A stretch of DNA of 64,000 nucleotides from Nemertoderma westbladi (Eukaryota > Animalia > Xenacoelomorpha): NCBI GenBank assembly GCA_032718475.1, contig JAUCBJ010008197.1, positions 53,924-117,923 of the forward strand, in the 5' to 3' direction. Under the pieces are notes generated by a model that worked only from the letters and a program-made list of their open reading frames with translations, was not told the origin of the DNA and ran no database searches. The position numbers and the translations under genes are program-made. Positions 50,893 through 63,591 of this stretch are shown in pieces. Numbering within the stretch: the first letter of the stretch is position 1; every line of letters begins with the position of its first letter.

Positions 50893-51159
50893 TTTGCAGT
50901 GAATTAATAAATCTCGTAATTTATCAGTAATCTTGTTTGTGTTTCTGTTGTATTATTTCATTACACAAAATCAATAAAAAGGTTATTATTATAATTAATT
51001 AGTAATTAAATAAAATTTCGTGATTTTCATTAATGTTTATTATTATTGAATTCGCTGTAAATATTGTAACAAAATTTAGACTTCTATTATTGAAACATTG
51101 TAACTAGGAACTACTGAGAAGTAAATATAAAGTTACTTTTGATTCAGACGTTGCATGTA

Positions 51160-54100
51160 TTGGTTCCTATGTAGCACATACAGTGGTACCTATGTAGCAC
51201 CTACAGTGGTACCTATGTAGCACATACAGTGGTACCTATGTAGCACATACAGTGGTACCTATGTAGCACCTACTATGGTACCTATGTAGCACCTACAGTG
51301 TACCTATGTAGCACATACAGTGGTACCTATGTAGCACATACAGTGGTACCTATGTAGCACCCACAGTGGTACCTATGTAGCACATACAGTGGTTCCTATG
51401 TAGCACATACAGTGGTACCTATGTAGCACCTACAGTGGTACCTATGTAGCACCTACAGTGTACCTATGTAGCACATACAGTGGTACCTATGTAGCACCTA
51501 CAGTGGTACCTATGTAGCACATACAGTGGTACCTATGTAGCACCTACTATGGTACCTATGTAGCACCTACAGTGTACCTATGTAGCACATACAGTGGTAC
51601 CTATGTAGCACATACAGTGGTACCTATGTAGCACCCACAGTGGTACCTATGTAGCACATACAGTGGTTCCTATGTAGCACATACAGTGGTACCTATGTAG
51701 CACCTACAGTGGTACCTATGTAGCACCTACAGTGTACCTATGTAGCACATACAGTGGTACCTATGTAGCACATACAGTGGTACCTATGTAGCACATACAG
51801 TGGTTCCTATGTAGCACATACAGTGGTACCTATGTAGCACCTACAGTGGTACCTATGTAGCACATACAGTGGTACCTATGTAGCACCTACTATGGTACCT
51901 ATGTAGCACCTACAGTGTACCTATGTAGCACATACAGTGGTACCTATGTAGCACATACAGTGGTTCCTATGTAGCACATACAGTGGTACCTATGTAGCAC
52001 CTACAGTGGTACCTTTGTAGCACATACAGTGGTACCTATGTAGCACCTACTATGGTACCTATGTAGCACCTACAGTGTACCTATGTAGCACATACAGTGG
52101 TACCTATGTAGCACATACAGTGGTTCCTATGTAGCACATACAGTGGTACCTATGTAGCACCTACAGTGGTACCTATGTAGCACCTACAGTGTACCTATGG
52201 AGCACCTACAGTGGTACCTATGTAGCACATACAGTGGTACCTATGTAGCACATACAGTGGTACCTATGTAGCACATACAGTGGTACCTATGTAGCACCTA
52301 CAATGGTAGCTATGTAGCACCTACAATGGTACCTATGTAGCACATACAGTGGTACCTATGTAGCACCTACAGTGGTACCTATGTAGCACCTACAGTGGTA
52401 CCTATGTAGCACCTCCAGTGGTACCTATGTAGCACCTCCAGTGGTACCTATGTAGCACCTACAGTGGTACCTATGTAGCACCTACAGTGGTACCTATGTA
52501 GCACCTACTATGGTACCTATGTAGCACCTCCAGTGGTACCTATGTAGCACATACAGTGGTACATATGTAGCACCTACAGTGGTACCTATGTAGCACCTAC
52601 AGTGGTACCTATGTAGCACCTACAGTGGTACCTATGGAGCACCTACATTGGTACCTATGGAGCACCTACAATGGTAGCTATGTAGCACATAGAGTGGTAC
52701 CTATGGAGCACGTACAGTGGTACCTATGTAGCACCTACAGTGGTACCTATGTAGCACCTACTATGGTACCTATGTAGCACCTACATTTGTACCTATGGAG
52801 TAGCTACAGTTGTAGCTATGTAGCACCTACAGTGGTACCTATGGAGCACCTACATTGGTACCTATGGAGCACCTACAATGGTAGCTATGTAGCACATACA
52901 GTGGTACCTATGTAGCACCTACAATGGTAGCTATGTAGCACCTACAATGGTAGCTATGTAGCACATACAGTGGTACCTATGTAGCACCTACAATGGTACC
53001 TATGTAGCACCTACATTGGTACCTATGGAGTAGCTACAGTTGTAGCTATGTAGCACCTACAGTGGTACCTATGGAGCACCTACATTGGTACCTATGGAGC
53101 ACCTACAATGGTAGCTATGTAGCACATACAGTGGTACCTATGTAGCACCTACAATGGTAGCTATGTAGCACCTACAATGGTAGCTATGTAGCACCTACAG
53201 TGGTACCTATGGAGCACGTACAGTGGTACCTATGTAGCACCTACAGTGGTACCTATGTAGCACCTACTATGGTACCTATGTAGCACCTACATTGGTACCT
53301 ATGGAGCACCTACAATGGTAGCTATGTAGCACCTACAGTGGTACCTATGGAGCACGTACAGTGGTACCTATGTAGCACCTACAGTGGTACCTATGTAGCA
53401 CCTACTATGGTACCTATGTAGCACCTACATTGGTACCTATGGAGTAGCTACAGTTGTAGCTATGTAGCACCTCCAGTGGTACCTATGTAGCACATACAGT
53501 GGTACATATGTAGCACCTACAGTGGTACCTATGTAGCACCTACAGTGGTACCTATGTAGCACCTACAGTGGTACCTATGTAGCACCTACATTGGTACCTA
53601 TGGAGCACCTACAATGGTAGCTATGTAGCACCTACAGTGGTACCTATGGAGCACGTACAGTGGTACCTATGTAGCACCTACAGTGGTACCTATGTAGCAC
53701 CTACTATGGTACCTATGTAGCACCTACATTGGTACCTATGGAGTAGCTACAGTTGTAGCTATGTAGCACCTACAGTGGTACCTATGTAGCACCTACAGTG
53801 GTACCTATGTAGCATCTATAGTGGTACCTATGTAGCACCTACAGTGGTACCTATGTAGCACATACAGTGTTTACAGTGGTACCTATGTAGCACATACAGT
53901 GTTGTCTATGTAGCACATACAGTGGTACCTATGCAGCACATACAGTGGTACCTATGTAGCACCTACAGTGGTACCTATGTAGCACCTACAGTGGTAGCTA
54001 TGTAGCACATACAGTGGTACCTATTTAGCGCATACAGTGGTACCTATGTAGCACCTACAGTGGTACCTATGTAGCACATACAGTGGTACCTATGGAGCAC

Positions 54101-54590
54101 CTACAGAGGTACGTACCTATGTAGCACCTACAGTGGTACCTATGTAGCACCTACAGTGGTACCTATGTAGCACATACAGTGGCACCTATGGAGCACCTAC
54201 AGTGGTACCTATGCAGCACATACAGTGGTACCTATGTAGCACATACAGTGGTAAGTCTTATGTAGCACCTACAGTGATACCTATGTAGCACCTACAGTGG
54301 TACCTATGTAGCACATACAGTGGTACCTATGGAGCACCTACAGTGGTACCTATGTAGCACCTACAGTGGTACCTATGTAGCACCTACTATGGTACCTATG
54401 TAGCACCTACAGAGGTACGTACCTATGCAGCACATACAGTTGTACCTATGTAGCACATACAGTGGTACCTATGTAGCATATACAGTGGTACCTATGTAGC
54501 ACATACAGTGGTACCTATGCAGCAGTACCTATGTAGCACCTACACTCGTACCTATGCAGCACATACAGTGGTGTCTATGTAGCACCTCCA
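51160..54590. repeat. 23-bp satellite (CAGTGGTACCTATGTAGCAC[A/C]TA)n, about 150 copies
   Basis: Period 23 with higher-order variant blocks; more degenerate toward the right end. Confidence 0.97.
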
Positions 54591-54661
54591 GGTACTATTA
54601 CAGGTGCTGATGTCTTTTACTAACTTGCTTTACAATTGAAAATAAAATATTCATAATTTAA

Positions 54662-55671
54662 CCCTATTACCACGGGGGTGTTTTGACCATTAGCACCACT
54701 GGGGGGGGGGGGGGGGGGGGGGGGGCGATTCGGCCCACCCACTATATTTTTGTAATCGTCCAATGAAATCCTACAAAATTTGGGCTGTTGGTGAAACAAC
54801 TATAGATGAACACTACCAAACCTGAAAAAGTTAAAATTTCATAAGCAGTGACTCATAATTTTGATGAAAAATAAAAGTAGTCCAGAAATTACAAAATTTT
54901 TCGTTTTCTAAAAACTAATAGTGTGGCAGTGTTGGCTAGATTTAGTAGGTTTTTCAAGACGCTGAATCGAATGTGATTATATTCCACTTCCAAAAATTGA
55001 AGTGGATGCTATTTTTCGTGCACCTAAGAAGTGGGCGTGGCACTTAAAATTTTGAAAAGGAGGTTAGCCATTTTTTGTAATCAAAAGTTTAGTGTTTTTT
55101 CCGAATAAAGTAATTTTGAAAATTTGAAGTGCCACGCCCTAATTTTGGTGCACCGAAAATTACGTATACCAAGGATTTGAGGCATCTATATTACTTTCAA
55201 TCGATTCAGCGCTACAGAAAACCTATAAAAATGCTTAGAAATCTAAACTTTAGTTAACTTTCCGAATAAAGTAATTTTGAAATTTTAAAGTGCCACGCCC
55301 TAATTTTGGTGCTCCAAAATGATGTACCCCTACACTTATATAGTTATATAGAGCATTAGAGTGATCCAAACCAATAAAAATAAATAAAAATAGCCCAAAC
55401 ATAAATAATTACTAAATCACGAATGAATTTGTAAAATTCGAAAATTTCAAAAAATTTGGTGCTGGAGACCAAATTTTGAGGTGGCACCCACATCGAAAAG
55501 TAGAAATCCAATTGCAACGTCGTTTTTTGCAAAAGATGCGGCATTAAATTTGGCTAATTCTCAATAAAAATTGGGCCTGTACGTAATGTGGTTGCATAGT
55601 TACAGCAACTATAAACTAGGAAGGGGCCGATTCCCCCCCCCCCCCCCCCCCCCCCCCCAGTGGTAATAGGG
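54662..55671. mobile_element. piggyBac-type MITE (1010 bp)
   Basis: TTAA on both sides, TIR CCCTATTACCAC, sub-terminal poly-G / poly-C inverted tracts. Confidence 0.88.
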
Positions 55672-55893
55672 TTAATTATTTTACTTTTATATTATTAATT
55701 ATTTTGTCCATTCTCATAAATGAGAACATATTATTGATATTTAGTTACCTATAAGTGTGTTTGTATTAATATTAATTGTGATGGTAAATCAACACGACTA
55801 TAGGACTACTTTGTTTTGGATTCCATCTTACAGGACGTCATATAAGGATTTGTAAGAATCTAGAACTTCCTATAACCAATCACTGACAATAAA

Positions 55894-57402
55894 ATGCGAA
55901 CCTATTGCATTCTATCCGGGACCGGGAGAAAGTGGTTCCCCAAAGTAGGTTTAGAAGTTCATTGTCAGATAAACTCTCGTAGTAAGTTGTTCTCCGGTAG
56001 CGAGGTTGCGTTCCTCGCCCCGCCCAACTCGCGAGTCTCGCCGTTCGACGCCGCCATCCCCGGGACGCTTCCCGTACTCAATAAGCGTTGCGTAGAAGCC
56101 GCTGTCGCAACCGCGTTGGCTCTCGACTTCCGCATCAACAAAGTCTCCCACTTCGACAGGAAACATTACTTCTACGCGGATTTACCCGCCGGCTACCAAA
56201 TAACCCAGAAACAGCGTCCCATAGCGGTGGGAGGGAGAATCGTGTATCCGTCGCACGATGCGGACGCGGTCGGCGAGATGGCGCTAAACAGAACGGTGGG
56301 CCTGCGGGCGCTGCAGATTGAGCAGGACAGCGGGAAGAGTCTGCGAAGGGAGTGCGATGGGTCTACGTTAGTGGACCTGAACAGGGCTGGGATCGGGTTG
56401 ATGGAGATAGTCACCGAGCCCCAACTACAGTCGGGGTTGGACGCAGCCGCCCTCGTAAGGGAGTTGCAACTAATTCTCAGTTACATCGGGACGTGTAAGT
56501 CAGTGATGGCGGAGGGTCACATGAGAGTTGACGCCAATGTCTCGCTCCACGCGACACCTGATACACCGGCTGTTATTACTGAGATTAAGAATTTGAACAG
56601 CTTAAGATCGTTAACACACGCGATAGAGTTTGAATTACGCCGCCATAGAGACGTTCTAGAAGGCGACGGTTGTCTGTTAGCGGAGACGCGGACTTTCGAC
56701 GCGGTTAAAGGCGTCACCGAGGTGATGCGGAAGAAGGAAGCGAGTTTCGATTACAGGTTTATGCACGAGCCCAATCTCCCTGCTATACGGCTTGCCGCTG
56801 TTAAACTCTCCGAGAATGATGTTTGCGTCGAGGAGATACGGGAATCGTTGGTAGAACTACCCGGGTCCGTTCGCAATCGTCTCGTCTCGCGTTATAATCT
56901 CTCCAACTCCGCAGTTATCCAACGATTACTGGAAGATAAAATCTTGCGGGAATATTTCGAGTCAGTGATGTTAGACTGTGGTAATGGTAACATTGCGTTC
57001 AAACTAATAGACAGACTCATTACCAACAGTAACTCAGGAAGTCTCCAGGTTTGCCCCTCACAAATAGCCGGCCTAGTTGGTTTTCATGAAAGGAAAGAAA
57101 TAAGTATAGACTCAGCCATGAGCGTTGTTGATATATTATGTCATAGCAACGGCGATCTAGCAGGAAGACTAGCGGAGGAAGTCATTGATAGTCACTCACT
57201 GTGGCTGGTTAACGACCTGGACTTATTAACTCGTTTGTGTAAAGAAGCAATCGCCAACAGACCTAAAGCGGTTCGCGACTTTGAGAAAGGCAAGCGGGAC
57301 AAAGCTCTTACCTCATTGGTGGGCTATGTTATGGTTGCTACTGGGAGGAGGGCAAAAGGACAGGTCGTTAAACAAATTATAAAATATTTGATGGATAAAT
57401 GA
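55894..57402 (+). CDS. GATB: Glutamyl-tRNA(Gln) amidotransferase subunit B, mitochondrial (intronless)
   Basis: VGLEVHCQ, PGTLPVLN, FDRKHYFYADLPAGYQITQ, QIEQDSGKS, DLNRAGIGLMEIVTEP, RVDANVS, EIKNLNS, DYRFMHEPNLP, YqeY-like tail; AATAAA near 57462. Confidence 0.96.
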   Translation: MRTYCILSGTGRKWFPKVGLEVHCQINSRSKLFSGSEVAFLAPPNSRVSPFDAAIPGTLPVLNKRCVEAAVATALALDFRINKVSHFDRKHYFYADLPAGYQITQKQRPIAVGGRIVYPSHDADAVGEMALNRTVGLRALQIEQDSGKSLRRECDGSTLVDLNRAGIGLMEIVTEPQLQSGLDAAALVRELQLILSYIGTCKSVMAEGHMRVDANVSLHATPDTPAVITEIKNLNSLRSLTHAIEFELRRHRDVLEGDGCLLAETRTFDAVKGVTEVMRKKEASFDYRFMHEPNLPAIRLAAVKLSENDVCVEEIRESLVELPGSVRNRLVSRYNLSNSAVIQRLLEDKILREYFESVMLDCGNGNIAFKLIDRLITNSNSGSLQVCPSQIAGLVGFHERKEISIDSAMSVVDILCHSNGDLAGRLAEEVIDSHSLWLVNDLDLLTRLCKEAIANRPKAVRDFEKGKRDKALTSLVGYVMVATGRRAKGQVVKQIIKYLMDK

Positions 57403-58220
57403 GATACAAAGAGTAATCTGTGTGTTTGTTGATTTTAAATTATCTGCATTAACTAGCTATGAATAAAATAAATTGTATCGCCCATAGCTCAGCTATTTCG
57501 CAACGAGATTCAGATGTATTCATAAGATTGAAACTCACATCAACAAATGCATCATTGACGATCTCTTCCTATTCCAATTATGGGGATCATCCGTATAGGT
57601 TGTACTGTGAATTTCGTGTAGAAAATTAAATTCAGTAATAAATAAGTAAAAATACAGTACATTAATACGGTAAAAAAAACTAATTAAAAACAGTAATTAT
57701 TTAAACTTTAAACTTCGGGTAGTAGTGCCGCCACATAAAGTGTGCTTCGGATGCCTGTTTGTGCGGCAGTCACTGCCAAGGAAGCACAACTAACATATTG
57801 GAAATGACTATTGAGAAATATAAAGGAAAATTAAGTTATGGTTGCATATACACAAATATCGTCCACTAATAAGAATCTATAATCTCAAGATTAACGGTTA
57901 TGTAACAGTAACGCTACCTCGGCCGCACATTATTCACAATGCCTTGGAATTCCGACCAACTTATCAGTATTAAGGTGCGCCCTGTACCTCATGAGTATAG
58001 AACCCTGACACCTGAGCGATTAACCTATAACCTCGCCTCCTCGAACTCGTTTAACTGCATTTTTAATTATTAGTAGATATACATTTTATAATTAATTAAT
58101 TATTTTAGCTATTTTATAAATTATTAATTCCATATGTTGGATTAAAGAATATAATTATTTATTATAATCTCAAGATTTATATAATCAAATAATTAATATC
58201 AATCCCTAATCTTCTGTAGT

Positions 58221-61081
58221 GGTTATATTGAAAAATATCGAGACATGAAAAATATCGAGAGTAAAAATAACGCGAGTAAAAACATCGAGTGTTGAAAAAT
58301 ATCGAGAGTAAAAATAACGCGAGTAAAAAAAACATCGAGTGTTGAAAAATATCGATAATATCGAGAGTTCAAAAAATATCGAGAGTAAAAATATCGAGGG
58401 TAAAAATATCGAGAGTAAAAATACCGAGTGTTGAAAAATATCGAGAGTAAAAATATCGAGAGTAAAAATATCGAGTGTTGAAAAATATCGAGTGTAAAAA
58501 TATCGAGTGTTGAAAAATATCGAGAGTAAAAATATCGAGTGTTGAAAAATATCGAGAGTAAAAATATCGAGTGTTGAAAAATATCGAGAGTAAAAATATC
58601 GAGTGTTGAAAAATATCGAGAGTAAAAATATCGAGTGTTGAAAAATATCGAGAGTAAAAATATCGAGTGTTGAAAAATATCGAGAGTAAAAATATCGAGT
58701 GTTGAAAAATATCGAGAGTAAAAATATCGAGTGTTGAAAAATATCGAGAGTAAAAATATCGAGTTTTGAAAAATATCGAGAGTAAAAATATCGTGTGTTG
58801 AAAAATATCGAGAGTAAAAATATCGAGTGTTGAAAAATATCGAGAGTAAAAATATCGAGTGTTGAAAAATATCGAGAGTAAAAATATCGAGTGTTGAAAA
58901 ATATCGAGAGTAAAAATATCGAGTGTTGAAAAATATCGAGAGTAAAAATATCGAGTGTTGAAAAATATCGAGAGTAAAAATATCGAGTGTTGAAAAATAT
59001 CGAGAGTAAAAATATAGAGAGTAAAAATATCGTGTGTTGAAAAATATCGAGAGTAAAAATATCGAGAGTAAAAATATCGAGTGTTGAAAAATATCGAGAG
59101 TAAAAATATCGAGTGTTGAAAAATATCGAGAGTAAAAATATCGAGTGTTGAAAAATATCGAGAGTAAAAATATCGAGTGTTGAAAAATATCGAGAGTAAA
59201 AATATCGAGTGTTGAAAAATATCGAGAGTAAAAATATCGAGTTTTGAAAAATATCGAGAGTAAAAATATCGTGTGTTGAAAAATATCGAGAGTAAAAATA
59301 TCGAGTGTTGAAAAATATCGAGAGTAAAAATATCGAGTGTTGAAAAATATCGAGAGTAAAAATATCGAGTGTTGAAAAATATCGAGAGTAAAAATATCGA
59401 GTGTTGAAAAATATCGAGAGTAAAAATATCGAGTGTTGAAAAATATCGAGAGTAAAAATATCGAGTGTTGAAAAATATCGAGAGTAAAAATAACGCGAGT
59501 AAAAACATCGAGTGTTGAAAAATATCGAGAGTAAAAATAACGCGAGTAAAAAAAACATCGAGTGTTGAAAAATATCGATAATATCGAGAGTTCAAAAAAT
59601 ATCGAGAGTAAAAATATCGAGGTAAAAATATCGAGAGTAAAAATACCGAGTGTTGAAAAATATCGAGAGTAAAAATATCGAGAGTAAAAATATCGAGTGT
59701 TGAAAAATATCGAGTGTAAAAATATCGAGTGTTGAAAAATATCGAGAGTAAAAATATCGAGTGTTGAAAAATATCGAGAGTAAAAATATCGAGTGTTGAA
59801 AAATATCGAGAGTAAAAATATCGAGTGTTGAAAAATATCGAGAGTAAAAATATCGAGTGTTGAAAAATATCGAGAGTAAAAATATCGAGTGTTGAAAAAT
59901 ATCGAGAGTAAAAATATCGAGTGTTGAAAAATATCGAGAGTAAAAATATCGAGTGTTGAAAAATATCGAGAGTAAAAATATCGAGTGTTGAAAAATATCG
60001 AGAGTAAAAATATCGTGTGTTGAAAAATATCGAGAGTAAAAATATCGAGTGTTGAAAAATATCGAGAGTAAAAATATCGAGTGTTGAAAAATATCGAGAG
60101 TAAAAATATCGAGTGTTGAAAAATATCGAGAGTAAAAATATCGAGTGTTGAAAAATATCGAGTGTTGAAAAAAATATAGAATGTTGAAAAATATCCAGAG
60201 TAAAAATATCGATAGTAACAATTTTTTTAAATAAGGGTTGTATGATAATTTTTTATACTAAAAATGTTCTAGAACAACAATATTTATCAACATTTGGTAG
60301 CTTATACTGTACGTGTTCTAATATAATATTTAACAATATTTATAATATTTATCAAAATTTATAGCTAGCACTTCTTTTATAATATTTATTAAAAAAATAG
60401 CAAAAACTAGCTAGTATAATAAATCTGGTAAATGGGTACCCAAGGTGTATTACATAATGCCATTCACTTGCACTTGCACTGTTGTAACCCATGCACTGCT
60501 TAATATTGTTCCATAATTCTAAATAAAATGCTCAAGCAAAATGCAATATTTTTACTCTCGATATTTTTCAACACTCATATTTTTCAACACTCGATATTTT
60601 TACTCTCGATATTTTTCAACACTCGATATTTTCAACACTCGTTATTTTTACTCTCGATATTTTTCAACACTCGATATTTTTACTCTCGATATTTTCACTC
60701 TCGATATTTTTCAACACTCGATATTTTTACTCTCGATATTTTTACTCTCGATATTTTTCAACACTCGATATTTTTACTCTCGATATTTTTACTCTCGATA
60801 TTTTTCAACACTCGATATTTTTACTCTCGATATTTTTCAACACTCGATATTTTTACTCTCGATATTTTTCAACACTCGATATTTTTACTCTCGATATTTT
60901 TCAACACTCGATATTTTTCAACGCTCGTTATTTTCGATATTTTTCATCTGGCGTTATTTTTACTCTCGATATTTTTTAATCACGTTAATTTTCAACACTC
61001 GTTATTTTTACTCTCGATATTTTTACTCTCGTTATTTTTACTCTCGATATTTTTCAAGTCTCGATATTTTTCACCATTACC
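58221..61081. mobile_element. Foldback-type element with long modular inverted arms (32-bp repeat)
   Basis: Left arm 58221-~60220 and inverted right arm ~60545-61081 built of GAGTGTTGAAAAATATCGAGAGTAAAAATATC; ends GGT..ACC; 8-bp TSD TCTGTAGT (58213-58220 / 61082-61089). Confidence 0.88.
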
Positions 61082-62239
61082 TCTGTAGTAGTCTCCTGGG
61101 ATACCCACCCATTGTGTCCAACCCGTCCAATCCCTAATCTTCTGTAGTAGTCTCCTGGGATACGCACCCATGGTGTCCAACCTGCGTACAGCCATTTGGC
61201 TATTTCATAGAAAAACCATAACTTATACATAATTGATTTTTATATTGTTTATGATATTTCATTGTGTATATATTTAATTTATTTAAACCATATGTTTTAC
61301 AGTATGCCAAAGCCATATGTTGGTGAAAATTTAATATAATAATCTACTATTGTCTAAGCCTACCAGCACACCAAAATCTCCCACACGCGCCTAGATAAAT
61401 ATTTTTTTACATAGTCAAACGTATTGTATGAATTATATATGCTTGCCAAGCTTTATGGAACTCTCTGAAGCTGTATCACAGTGAGTGAAACAATTTTATA
61501 TAAATCCTAATACTAAACCATAAGGCTAATTAATTGTAATAAGTTATTTATAAACCTTGGAACGTTACCTTAGAATATCATTCCCTGAAAACAATGGTGT
61601 TAATATTTAATAATAAATACAGTTGGTATGTCAGTAACTATAATATCATCGCTGATACAGCCAATCAATTCTACCAGGCATGCACGCACAGTATGTAACG
61701 TTTAACCACCCACATGTATAATGCGCAAACAGTTGGGTGCACAAGAAAGTGATAGTGATGTAAAAAACAATACAAATATAACCGCTAGCACTTAGTTAAT
61801 TAACTGTTGCGGATGCAAAATAATATCAATAACCATTGACAGGCTCGATCCGGGCGCTGATTGGCTGTTTTCTAAGGTGATAATACTCTTTGTATTATAG
61901 GTACCGAATAATCAAAAGCACCGAACGCATTCCGGCAAATAGAATGGCAGTATATAATAATATGAGCTTTCTGATACGACTACTTAAATATTTTTAAAGC
62001 AAGCCACAACTGAGTATATATAGTAAGTATAAAAGCAATTAATTCTGTAGTTATCAATTAATCGTTTGTTTATGAAAGGCGGAAAAACTGGTGCGGCTGT
62101 GTTGCGAATGACTCTGTCTGATGGCATAACAATTAATCATCGTATTTGTCACGATTTGTTACGTACATCATTACGATAAACCAGTGCAGTTAGGTAATGT
62201 TTCAGTTCAAGTTAATTGTTTTAGTTACAATAAAAAATA

Positions 62240-62545
62240 TGATGATGATGATCGGCTTGCACTAGGGTGCAGTGCCGGCGGCCCCAGAAACATAGCGCCC
62301 CCAGATCTTGCGGTCAGCCATACAATTTCCTAATTCATTCCTGTTCTCAAGTCCTGTGTCCTTGAGCAGGCGTTTGAGGAAAGTCATTGGCTGTCCACCA
62401 CGTCTATTCTCGCCAGCAGGCTGCCACAGCACAAGGTTGTGTACAGGTTGATCCTGCCGGCGGAAACAGTGCCCAGCAAGCATTAGACGGCGTTTCTGCA
62501 GGGTGATGCTAGGTCTTGGCAATGAGATGTTACCATATTTATATA
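62240..62545 (-). mobile_element. 3' end of an RTE-like LINE with (CAT)n tail, in iGluR intron
   Basis: RRLMLAGHCFRRQDQPVHNLVLWQP..GGQPMTFL homologous to the 9444-10145 ORF; GCCGATCATCATCAT tail. Confidence 0.85.
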
Positions 62546-62596
62546 ACATATATAAAAAATATATAACAAATATAAAAACTTATATAAAAAATATAC

Positions 62597-62665
62597 TTTC
62601 ATCCTATTGGTGGAATGTGCCAGTTCAATGCTGGTGATCTTCCTGTAATACAATTGGTGAGCTCT
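62597..62665 (-). CDS. Ionotropic glutamate receptor, probable 69-nt exon following the FFK exon
   Basis: TTAG acceptor after 61-nt intron containing ACTAAT; reads [23 protein letters not shown]; GT donor. Confidence 0.5.
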
Positions 62666-62726
62666 CTAACATACAAGCAGCGTTGTCGTGAGATTGATTA
62701 GTTACCACGAGACAGCACAAGGTTAC

Positions 62727-62866
62727 CTTGAAGAACCTTTTGGAAGAGCTGTCTACCAATACCCCGTAGTGGATCATGTCTTCACCCTCCGTCTGTTGGG
62801 CGAGCCCCTCTACCGTTTTGATTGGAGATTCCATGCGCGTCACAGTAAAAAAGGCCGCCAGATTGG
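62727..62866 (-). CDS. Ionotropic glutamate receptor exon B (M3 gate end plus S2 start)
   Basis: TTTTCTCAG acceptor, (A)[47 protein letters not shown] donor; 140 nt. Confidence 0.9.
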
Positions 62867-62931
62867 CTGAGAAAACGAAATAGCAAGTATTGGTTGACTG
62901 GTGTAGGCCAATAGTCGGTACTCCTACCCTA

Positions 62932-63007
62932 ACCGGTGCCCCCATAGATATGGGGGCACCGGTACTCCTATCCTAACCGGTGCCCCCATAGATATGGGGG
63001 CACCGGT
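62932..63007. repeat. Two tandem perfect palindromes (44-bp period)
   Basis: ACCGGTGCCCCCATA-GA-TATGGGGGCACCGGT at 62932-62963 and 62976-63007. Confidence 0.9.
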
Positions 63008-63591
63008 ACTTCTACTGTACAAACGCACCGGTATGCATGCACGGTATCCAGACCATCTAGCAGGCATTTTATATACTTATTTGATTCAATAAAATAAAAT
63101 AAATTAAGATCAAATTATAATATTAATTCTTATGATATTATTAAAACGAAACAAAGTATTAAAGAAAGATACCATATCCAGTATTGTTACCTACAGGCTA
63201 CAGAAACATAAGATATCGTATCGTACCAGTAATGTAAGTGACTAATAATGTCCATGTTGCGACGAATAATACTGTAGCTTCTTAGCACGGCCTTCAAAAC
63301 AAAGAAGGTCGTGCTACTGAATACCTTCTTGCGTGCGGGGAGAGGAATATTATATTACTGTAGGCGTTAAGTTGAAGCTAAACATGCAGGATATAGTTAA
63401 CACTTATCGGCGACATAATGCAATACTGACTGGTAAATGTACTGTGTGTAGGCACAAAGAGAACTCGGTGCGGGATGATAGTGATTTCCGATTGGTGAAA
63501 GAAACTCATTTCACTATTAGAGATGAACCAATGAAACCACAGAAATACATGAAACAAAAACAGTCGCAACTGGTTCGCCATCTAGCGGTAC

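Noticed and set aside
57480-58056. Further minus-strand iGluR exons (e.g. KRVRGGE at about 58032-58054 and a possible last exon near 57535-57604)
   Set aside because: Suggestive fragments, but no consistent spliced frame could be built without implausibly short introns or frameshifts; needs RNA-seq.
58206-61137. ORFs of 186-450 aa
   Set aside because: Artefacts of the 32-bp repeat (96-nt reading period).
63227-63271. 45-nt micro-exon LFVATWTLLVTYIT that could supply an alternative M3 helix for exon B
   Set aside because: The phase fits, but it lacks the conserved SYT motif and no matching upstream exon could be established; left as unproven.
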